Positions 1 through 10,500 of a stretch of 64,000 bases of DNA are shown piece by piece. The stretch's first letter is position 1, and every line of letters starts with the position of its first letter. The stretch is taken from assembly GCF_052425735.1 (NCBI RefSeq), contig NC_135769.1, positions 15,562,001 through 15,626,000 of the forward strand. The letters are read 5' to 3'. Position numbers and translations under genes: made by a program. The notes beneath the pieces are model-generated. The model was not told the DNA's origin, searched no databases, and saw only the letters and a list, made by a program, of their open reading frames with translations. The DNA is from Oculina patagonica. Lineage: Eukaryota.

Positions 1-134
1 TTAATCATACTTCGAAAAACCTGGCCCTGAACATTTGTTGATACTTAGACTCATAAAGAAGTGTCCACACTTACGCTGGCCCTGAACATTTGTTAAATAC
101 GTAGAACTTCATTACAAGAAGTGTCCACACTTAC

Positions 135-715
135 GCTGCCAGTTGGGCTTTGCTTTTTGTTCCAACTGGAATGCGGCGCACAACCACAGAGGAGTTCTTA
201 GGTATCATTGTCATCTCATCTTTGTACTCTGCCAGAAGGGAAAATAAAAGATTATTATATCAACCATTGAATTTGCACCTAAGATCATTACAGCTGTAGG
301 CTTAAAAAAATGGAAAATGGAAGTTTCAGATACTTTCTACAGAAAAAAGTCTAGCAATTCAGGGGGTTCATGATAGGCCAGGTAGCAGCAATTTGGACAC
401 AGTATTACCAGCAGCTAAATTTTGGATAATCCATGTGCCTGCCTTTCAGTATCTTTGACAAAATAATTAATTATTTTCTTGACTGAAATACACCTGGAAA
501 GGTATTTTATCTGTCTCAGAGTGTAGCTACAAGCCAGCTGGGAAAGACCGTGAAACCAGATAACAGTACCAATACAACAATGACATTTTCAGTCAAGAGC
601 CAGCTGAATTTAATAGCAACAATAAACTTCAAAGTTGTTAGTTCAACCAAGGTGTTTGATATTTGATTTCAAACAATCATTTGGCAAATTGGGAACAAAT
701 CCAAAAAAGTTGTTT

Positions 716-746
<31 letters not shown>

Positions 747-1751
747 GGCTTTAACTTAACTTGGGTAAGGGAAAGTGACCCGATATGGACCAGTGAATCA
801 TACTATCAGCTTGCCCCAAAACATTTTGTAACCCAACAATACACAGTGCAGCTGTATTGGCATTTTGCTCTTTTTTTTCAAAATTTAAAAATATCTTCAG
901 AGTATGCATAAAAATACAAGGAACCAAAGGGTACCTGAAGCTTAAAAGACTTCATAACATATTTATGACATTTATCAACTGTCAACTGTTTTATATATTT
1001 TGTGGTTCATGTTTACCCTAATGGTATGATTTGGTATTTTCCTTTGTTTTTGTGTATGGTAATGATTATATGATAATGAAATATAGAACAAAGGGAAATA
1101 CCAAATTGCACCAAGGACTGAAACACAACATAATTTTCTAGTATTTTCTTGGGTCTTTGAAACAGTTTACTACTATTAGGTCATGTTCTATTGGGATCAA
1201 TTGTTTTTGTTGGTTGGGTTGGTTCAGTTTTTTGTTTTCTAGTAGGAAAAACTTTTCTGCTCAATTGATTAAAGAGGGACATTTCAACCCCATCAACCGT
1301 TTAATCCGACGCCATTTCAAAGAGCTTACCTGGCACAACTAAAAACGTTTCATTTTTGTATTGATCTTTATTTTGAAAAAACCCAACATGTTGTGTTGAT
1401 CCCAATAGAACTCGGCCATACGTACTCTCAACAGGAGTATAAAAGCTGGCCACTTCATTCACATTCAAATAGAACTACAAAATGGCAGAAAAAAGCGTTT
1501 ACCCAACTACATTTGAAAACAATACCCTTTAATGGATGAATATACTTCACAAGGAAACAAGAATGTACAAAGAATAGCTCACCTTCCTTCGTTTGAGCAT
1601 TTGTAACTTCCAAGTCGAAGTCGGTGTTTTTTCCGAATTTCTTCTGTGTGATAATAGACTGTTTGAGGTCGGCCAGCGAGATTGAAAGTCCGTCGAATGT
1701 AATTGTGTCATATTCTAGAGCACTTCGAAACTTGTAGTGAATACAAGACAT
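135..1751 (-). CDS. RBBP6: RBBP6 E3 ligase / cleavage-polyadenylation factor, N-terminal DWNN (ubiquitin-like) domain; first two coding exons, gene continues beyond window start
   Basis: Exon 1 1751-1583 (MSCIHYKFRSALEYDTITFDGLSISLADLKQSIITQKKFGKNTDFDLEVTNAQTKE, donor G|GTGAG). Exon 2 228-135 (EYKDEMTMIPKNSSVVVRRIPVGTKSKAQLA, acceptor CAG, donor GC|GTAAGT). Phases match, and the sequence is the recognisable RBBP6 N-terminus. Confidence 0.95.
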
Positions 1752-2386
1752 TAGGCTATACTATCTAAATTCGAACTGAAAACGAAAACGTTGAGCCAAA
1801 TGGCCAAAATGTCGTCCGACAAGATACCCGAGTCAGCTAGACATTCTAGTAAGGTTTAGTTATACGCAAAAATTTCTAGCTTCACGAAAAGAAAAACGAA
1901 CAGGGAAAGAAAAATAAACAACGAAAACTACCAAACAATTGAAATGCTCCAAAACTATAAACTATTACTAAAGAAAAACCCGTTGCGACAGGAAAACTCA
2001 GACCAAAGATGATGCACGAGACGAAGCAATTCCACCCCGCAAGGATCCTTGGGAATATTTGTAGCCGGAAAAGCGTCGAAGGATGACGAAGGACGACGAG
2101 ACGTCTTCGAGAAGTAATCGGAAAACATTCGGTTGGTGTCATTGACCCGGGTAAATCCCGCGGGAATGTCACAGACATTACACTGAGGAGGAATATTGTT
2201 GTTGCTGCCAATTTAAATTCTTTTCTCAATTGCAACGCCCTCAAACTCCGCTGGACGGCTAAATTCTTGAAATTAGACCGTTGTTGTCTCGTCTAAACTC
2301 TTTATCGTAGTCATTTTAGAGAACTGAGAAATCTAGAAAGCCTTTGTCGGACGTCCTTCTCAACTGTACTCAACCGGGAGAAGTGC
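1752..2386. promoter_or_regulatory. Putative bidirectional promoter / 5' UTR region between RBBP6 and SMDT1
   Basis: Two divergent ATGs ~635 bp apart; the region is CpG-rich relative to the flanks. Confidence 0.6.
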
Positions 2387-2668
2387 ATGCCAGCCGGAAT
2401 AATGATTGCAATTTGCATCAGACAAACTCTCTCAAGAGCACGCAATGTTCTGTTTTATGAATCGCCACATCTGACGAGAACTGCATTACTTTCAAGCTCA
2501 AGTCACATAAAGCAAGAACCGACCTCGACAAGGATAGGGGCCACGAAATTACTGCTTGTTTTGGCTCCGTGTATCTACATTGGTGGACAACTGGGGAAAA
2601 ATTTAGCCGAATTCTTAGACGAGTTTAGTATTTTCTGTCCTGAATGTGACGACGATGAAGATGACTAA
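2387..2668 (+). CDS. SMDT1: Essential MCU regulator (EMRE), mitochondrial calcium uniporter subunit
   Basis: 93 aa: basic presequence-like N-terminus, single TM segment (KLLLVLAPCIYIGGQLGKNLAEFLDEFSIFCPE) and poly-Asp tail DDDEDD. This matches the EMRE pattern P-x-x-Y-x-G...KN-x-A-x-x-L-E/D-E-x-x-IF-x-PE-DDDD. AATAAA at ~2743. Confidence 0.9.
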   Translation: MPAGIMIAICIRQTLSRARNVLFYESPHLTRTALLSSSSHIKQEPTSTRIGATKLLLVLAPCIYIGGQLGKNLAEFLDEFSIFCPECDDDEDD

Positions 2669-2938
2669 GAGGATAAAAGACAGGCAAGTAGCTCTTCTTT
2701 TTGTGGTCAGAATTTAACCACAGTTAATTATGGGCAATTGAAATAAATACCGTGTGCTTCCCTTTAATTTTATAATTAGGGAATTGATTTCACACTTCAC
2801 TTTCTCAAAATGTAATTGTTTACTGTATGGTTTATTAAAACTATAAATTGCTGAGAGACCTAAAACATTTTCAACTGTTACAAATGGTTTCCATGATATT
2901 TAACACAAAAAATACTGGCAGATCCAGGATTTTCCTTA

Positions 2939-4100
2939 GGGTCTGTTTACAAGCAGGTAGGGTAACCCTAGTGCTAGGGTTACCCTAGCAGGAGGGTTAC
3001 CCTAGAACTCCCACATTTCTTCTTTTTTTCATCAACGTGTTTACAAGGCAGCTAGGGTTACCCTAGCACTAGGGTAACCCTAGCTGAGCGCTAGGGTTAC
3101 CCTAGCGCCAGGGTAACCCTAGCGCCTTATAAACGCTCTGCTAGGGATAACTCGCCTACCCGGGACAACTTTATTTTGGCTCCAAGAAGCTAAATATGTT
3201 TAAAAATGCCGACAAAAACAGCGAATTGTGACCAAGAAACATCGTGTTCCTTCACAATTTGTCGTATTTTTGCTCTGGAACGGAATTACTTTCGAATAAC
3301 AGCTTCTTACGACAAAGTTTGTGGTAAAATGGTTGGCGCGGCTGCATATGTGAGGTTATTCCATAACATAACTACTGTATTTATTCGTTTAAGCGCCCTG
3401 GGCGCTTATTAAATTTTTAGACCTTGAGAGTGGGCGCTTATTCGAGGTGGGCGCTAATTCGAGGCTGGGTGCTTATTAAATTTTCACCATTTTTAGCAAG
3501 TAGTACGCTTATTTTGCAAGAAAAAAGTAGATAATAACAGAACATGAAGATGTCCAAAAGCTGAATTTTTACTGATCCTTGAAATTAAGTAACTGTAAAT
3601 TATTGAGAGAGCTTGCTCTTCGGGATAGTCTCTTGGTAGTACTTAGTCAATTTCACACGTTAATTTTACTCCTCTCGTGCAGGTCAATTTTTTTACTGGG
3701 GGTGGGCGCTTATTCGAGGCTGGGCGCTTATTAACTTTTTTCTACCTATAGGGTGGGCGCTTATTCAGGGTGGGCGCTTATTGGAGGTTGGGCGCTTAAT
3801 CGAATAAATACGGTATTTATAGTTTCTCCGTCAAACGCGTTCCAACTATAAAAAAATTGTGCTTGGGACGTTAATGAGCTTGGAAATTGAAATATGATTT
3901 TACTGGAACTGATAAACTGCGTAACTAAAATGAAAATTGGTTTTGGAGCTAAGATTATTACCCGTTACATGCTATATTTACAAGGTTAACTGAAGCGTAA
4001 CCGGTGTAAGTTGACCCGGGTAGTATAGGGTTACCCTACCTGTGAATTTTTGCTTGTAAACCCGGGCTATCTTCTAACCCCCTTGCTAGGGTACCCTAGC
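2939..4100. mobile_element. Non-autonomous DNA element rich in AGGGTWACCCT palindromes (possibly PIF/Harbinger-type), inserted in an older MITE (~2915-4228)
   Basis: Starts tta|GGGTCTGTTTACAAGCAGGTAGGGTAACCCTAG. An inverted counterpart CCCTACCTG...GCTTGTAAAC lies at ~4027-4060. Many internal GGGTAACCC/GGGTTACCC units. Confidence 0.55.
3375..3813. mobile_element. Tc1/mariner-type MITE with TA target duplication, nested in the previous element
   Basis: ta|CTGTATTTATTCGTTTAAGCGCC ... GGCGCTTAATCGAATAAATACGG|ta, with internal GGGCGCTTATT repeats. Confidence 0.8.
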
Positions 4101-7100
4101 ACTAATGGAATGGTGTAACTAATTTTTTTTTTGCAGAATTACCAGTTGTATTTAATAGAAAGCTGCAAGTCATCTCAGGAGGGGGAAGATGTGCACCTCC
4201 TGCACCCTGCCCCTAAATTGGCCCCTGAATAAAATTTAACAATGTGTTGCTCCAGAAAATATCCATACTCCCCTCACAAAAGTTTTATTACTTAGAAACC
4301 CCCTCCTCTCTGGAAAATACAATTTAGTAAAAGTTTTGACTTTTGAAACTCCCCGCGCCCTGAGAATTTCCAATGACCTTCCTTGGGGTAGGTTTGGATA
4401 TTTCCTGAACTGCATACAATTTTAATAGATGTCATATATTACCGGTATTTTGTTTTTATATTTATGATTTTCTGTACTTCCCTTTTTTGCCATGGAGTGC
4501 CTGAAAACTAGCAAATATATTTCCATGTTAAATAAATAATAAAATTAAATGAATACTTATGAACAATTGAATGACAAAAAATGCATAGTGATTATAGAAC
4601 AAACACAAATAACTTAGTGTAAATTATGCAAGGGTACCATAGACATTCCCAGGTTCTTAGGTGGACCAAGAAAAATCAGATTATGGAATGCTATTTTTTT
4701 TACCTGGACAGGGGAAAAATTATTTGAGGGTTTGTTTGAAGTTCAGTCAAGTTTCTATATGCAACACCATACCCAATTTCAGACCAATTGTAAAATTTAT
4801 AACCCATTTTCAGACAAAAACTGAGCAAATATTTGGGGACCATAAGTGGGGACAGTGTGTCTTCTCGTCAACTTTTCATCTTTTGTTTTGTCCCCAGAAA
4901 CCATCCCACAAGAAACAGTGACATATAGTTACCGGTAGTTTATTTTACACTTTTTATAACTTTTACTTTTTTTTCTGTTACAGGATGTGCTGATGATTTC
5001 AAGTTTCAACAGCTACTTTCAATTGTTACTGCCTATAATTATTTTGTGTAAAAAGTACTATTTTTGAGTCTGCCATGATTATTCGTTGAGGGGAAGAGTA
5101 TTTTTAACTCTGTATAAATGTACATTTTTTCTTATTCCAGGTAGTTTATCAAAATTATGGTCAGCTGTTATAATATATGAATGAAAAGCTTCTGCATGTG
5201 TTGAAATTTTAGTTTGTCTTTTGAGATTAATTTTAGTAAAAAGAAACAACTATTTTAAAAAGCTTTTTTGAAAAAGGTCCATTTTATTTTATGTACATAA
5301 ATAAAGTACAAATGTATCTTGTGTGTTTTACTTTTGGAGTTGTTGATGTATTCCCTTTTGGAGGGTAGCTGGTTCTAATGGTTAAGTTTGAAACTTTTAA
5401 GTACTACTGGTTTAAGTTAGGAGTAGGTTTTAGAGTGGGAAGAGGCTGGGGGAAGTTTAGTGCGGAGAGGTATACTGTGCCCACACCCCCCCCACACCTC
5501 CCCTGAAGAAAATTTGAAATTCTACTTGTAAATCTGACAAGCAAAATAGAAATTATGGCTTTAAGTGAAAAACTTAAATCTATACTCAGTCTATCGCCCT
5601 ATTCCAGAAAATACTTTTTGTTTCACATTAATTTGAATTTTTGGTGGATAAATAAACGTCCTGTGGGGGGGGGGAGGGGTACTCGCCCAAAAGACCTTTA
5701 CAGGTATGTGCGCCCAAACGTTTGAAAAGGGCCTTCTCGCAACCGTGCACTCTTTTAAATGCGCTAAAAAAAAGTACACAGACGCCTGCTATGCAGGCTA
5801 GAGTGTTGTTCAAAGGCCATACAAACTGTTTCCGAGCATTTTCCGAAACCATAGCCCATATATGGGCTATATAGGTATGTGCCGCCAGTTAGGGTATGGT
5901 TTTTTGAGGTTCTCGGTCCTTAAATAGGGTATCATTTTTGGTCCTTTTGGCATTTTGTTCCTGGTGTGATCCTTAGATATAGTACCTAAATTCTATCAGC
6001 TTTAATAAACGCCCAGATAAACAAAAAAAAGGTATCTTAAAACTGAAATACCCGTTCAAGTATTAGTAAAGCGATTTTATAAAGATTTGTGTTTGGCCGT
6101 GCGTGGTTAGCCGCTATTTGGGTCGTCACGGAACGCTTCTCCTTCCCTTGAATAGGGTGTCATTTTATGGTTTGGGGCCTTAAAAGAGGGTATCAATTTT
6201 CGCTTTCTTTATCCTTAAATAGGGTAAGGGTTTAAGAACCTTGGCGGCACACCCCTATCCGAAATTTATGGGAGTCACCCCCCCCCCCGGGGTAAAGTGT
6301 CACCATAAAAAATTACTTCACCTTTACTTTAATTTTGGAAATTGACTAGCTCTGACTAACTAGCCAGTTTTTCAATTTATTGATTTGTTTTATAACTTTT
6401 TTTATTGTTTTATGGGGGGATACTGGTGGTATATTTATTTTGCAGAAATAGTAGAACTGGATATCTATAGTTGGAGTCCACCTTTCCCTCATTTTTTTAA
6501 AAAAAAAAAAACAAGTGGGGATATGAGTAATATTTCCCTGGGATCAAAGGTATGTTTCCCTAGCTAGAGTCTTCTCGGGATTTTTAATATGCATCAGGTT
6601 TAATAAGCCCTTATTGTATAACCTTGTCATCAATCATAAAAATTGGTCTTGGCAGGAGTAATCTTAGTACCAAACAGATCCCAGAAATGGAAAGAGTGTG
6701 ATATAATGTAAATAAATATGAAACCAAAAAATATTTGTGGTCGATATATTTAATTTTTTGTTGTACAAGGTTTAATAAATTGGGAAGTCTTCACAAATCC
6801 ATCATTTTTTTTTTGAAACTTTGAAACCTTACAATTTCATCCCACTGTTTCCATTTTTTGCATCCATCTGTTCTATGCCAGATTATGTTTTTTGTGATGT
6901 GACAACTTCACGTCACAAGGTTTTTATATGCAAAGGAGACGGCCTCTTTCAATTTTCAGTTTCGCGCCTTTGCGTCGAATATTGAGAAATACTGGAAACG
7001 ATTCCTCTCCCCAGTCCACCTCCGAGTGAAGCCAGAAAATATACATGTTCATGTTCAACGACAATCTGCTCCTCGTTGCTTAATATAAAATTTATTTGGC

Positions 7101-7518
7101 GATTGTGCAGCGAAAGCTTGGCGGTTGTGAAAGGATTCCCTGGATGTTCTGGCGCTGATGGTTTCGAATAAAACACCAGCTATTTACACTTGATCAAGGC
7201 GGAAAGCGCGTTGTTTTGGCAATGTCTTCATCAATCAACTGCAATGCAATGAACGTCAACTTCAAATACATATGCAGTATTTCTTTCTTCAGACTTTGAT
7301 CAGTGGATATTCACACTACAAGTCTACATACAACGAGAATTGGCGTGTAAAATCGTGTGTTCGTGCTGGTATTGACGGTATGCCTGACCGACAAAATTTA
7401 GGTGCCTCTCGATCAACTGTACATTTTTTATCGTCAAGTACCTTGTCGGTGAATGGTTTTGACCAAAAACGCTCTGTAGTCAAGATTTGCGGTTTTATGG
7501 CTGAATTGTAAAGTGAGT

Positions 7519-10500
7519 ATGTCTGAAGAAATAGCCGGCAAGGCAAATACTGTTACAACAAACGAAACAACTATACGAGTATCGTGTACCACGGATGGGT
7601 TTCTTGTCCCGTTTGCAGAGATCGACAGCGACGCACCCGGCATTCAACAACAAGACATCGCTGGACCACTCAGGCAAGTGTTGTGTTTGTTTCTCGTAGT
7701 GTTGTAGATAAACTCGGCCGCAATTTGACCTCGATCATTTTTGTACAATTTCGATATTTTACTTGAGCGAATTTGGGTCTCAATCGTAGTATTCCGTTCT
7801 TCTATTCAATGCACAGGAAGGAAGGAAGATGTAGCGGTGCTTTACTAAATGGGATTGACGGTAATTCTTCATGCGACGAAGCTAGTAGTTCGTAAGTACT
7901 ATTTGCTGTCATGGTAATTAGTCTCATTTTATTTCGGGGGGCAGATTGAGCCGTAAAAGTGCGCTATTTGTAAAATGTCCGCAGGCTATATAGTCGCAGG
8001 AAATATATCACCGCTTGTTCATGTGAGTTTGCGCTGAATATTCTATATAGCTGGATTAAGCTGTCATCGAGTTAGGAAAGGAAAACAATTAAACTTTAAT
8101 GATTTCTTAATGATGAAAGCTAAAAGCATGGTGCTTTCGCGTTTTTCGATTTTTTTTTATGAATATTACAGTATTATGCAGTCAGAAATACTGAACTTTA
8201 CTGTGGTGAGTCTGGTGAAAAAATAAAAAGGGGCTTAAATTTCTGAGTCACAAATTATTTATTTGCTTTATTGTAAGTAATAAAATAAATTAAAATTGGT
8301 ATATTCATACTCGGATTCATACTGAAGATTGGTTATGCCACTAATAACACAAAATTAAAAACTAAAATGAAAAGCGGTTCTTAATTAGGAGAACTGCAAA
8401 AGTAGTTATCACGCTTTTAAAGGAATCAGTGGAAGCAATAAATATATTACAATTCTACTTTAAATTTGTTTTCTGATGATTATATAATATCAAGGCTTCT
8501 TTACTATTTATTTAGACAATCCTCTCCAGTTTTAGACCATTTTAAACTAATTCAACAGTTGATATTTAATATAAGCATCTTCAGAATATGTTGTAAGTTC
8601 ATGTAAAATTTCCAAATAAAGAAGATTGTTACTTTTGTGACAAAGTTCATAAATGTCAAATAAAGTAATTTATGCAAAGAATTGAAAGGTGTGAAAGATA
8701 AAAAATCTCTTAGTCATTATGCTTTTGATTGACTGTGAATTAAAAATCTCAGTTATCACACTCAGTACGGGCCTTTTTTATTTCTAACATTAAATTGGTC
8801 AATTTGTTCTTTGGTGTACATAAATTATTTCACACATACTATTGGCTGACTATTGGCAAAATGCACAATCTGATTGGCTACACAAGTGCCTTCTATTTAG
8901 CATAACCCAGCGGCTGTCTATTAGCAAAACGCACAATCTGATTGGCTACTCCGGTCCTTCTTTTAATTATTAGCATAACCCAGTGGCTGTCTATTGGCAA
9001 AACGCATAATCTGATTGGCTACACAAGTACCTTCTATCGATTGTAAGCGTAACTCAGTGTCTGTCTATTGGCAAAACGCACAATCTGATTGGCTACACAA
9101 GTGTCTTCTATCGATTGTAAGCATAACTCAGTGTCTGTCTATTGGCAAAACGCACAATCTGATTGGCTACACAAGTGTCTTCTATCGATTGTAAGCATAA
9201 CTCAGTGTCTGTCTATTGGCAAAACGCACAATCTGATTGGCTACACAAGTACCTTCTATCGATTGTAAGCATAACTCAGTGTCTGTCTATTGGCAAAATG
9301 CACAATCTGATTGGCTACACAAGTGCCTTCTATTAATTACCGGTATTAGCATAACTCAGCGTCTGTCTATTGGCAAAACACACAATCTGATTGGCTTCAC
9401 AAGTCCTTCTATCAATTATTAGCAAAACTCAGCGGTTGTCTATTGGCAAAACGCATAATCTGATTGGCTACACAAGTGTCTTCTATCGATTGTAAGCATA
9501 ACTCAGCGTCTGTCTATTGGCAAAACGCACAATCTGATTGGCTACAGAAGTGCCTTCTATCATTTATTAGCATAACTCAGCGTCTATCTATTGGCAAAAC
9601 GCACAATCTGATTGGCTACACAAGTACCTTCTACTCGATTGTAAGCATAACTCAGCTGCTGTCTATTGGCAAAACGCACAATCTGATTGGCTACACAAGT
9701 GCCTTCTATTGATTGTAAGCATAACTCAGTGGCTGCCTATTGGTAAAATGCACAATATGAATGGCTATACTGGTGCTGTCTATTTAACAATTAGATGGCG
9801 AGCCCGATGTTTCTATTGGCTGATATTTGCCTCTTGCCAGCTACAGTGGAACCTTGATATAACAAAGGGCCAAGGGACTGGCAAAATATTTTCGTAATAA
9901 CAAGGTTTTATTATATCGAGGCTCTTTTCAAATTTGTTTTACTATTACTGAAGGGAGGAATATCGTTCGTTATACAGAGGACATCATTTTATAGAGGTTT
10001 GCTAAAATGAGGTTCCACTGTATCATAGTCCGATAGAAACCGTGCAAGTGAGCCGTATCACTAGATTTGTTTTATTGAAGGTTTTGATTTAGTATACAAT
10101 TCAGCAAAAAACTGAGCATGCACTTTGAGAGCCATCCATTGATCATTATTAAAAACTAGCAATGGTATATTGCAATTCCTGAGTTTTGATTGGTTAACAG
10201 GCAATGGTATATGAGCTCATATACCATTGACCACAATATGGCAGCTGATACGTGTCAACAGAAACAGCTGGGGAGCTTAAATATTGCAATTCTTCGGGCG
10301 TTTTTAATAAAACAATTATTCTGCTCTTGTCCGATATGAGATCGTTATAGCCAACGCGGCGTTACGGGGGGTGCCTCATTGGCTATTTACCATGATCTCA
10401 TATCCAATGCGCGTTTGTGGAATTATTGTCAAATAGACAACACTTTTGTAGCCAATCAGATTGTGCATTTTGTCAATAGACAATAGAATACAGGATGGTA

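Noticed and set aside
1882-2244. 120-aa minus-strand ORF upstream of RBBP6
   Set aside because: Non-ATG start, no recognisable homology; lies in the promoter/5' UTR region.
9237-9897. ORFs in the 74-bp array
   Set aside because: The unit length is not a multiple of 3, the ORFs start at non-ATG codons and the region is intronic.
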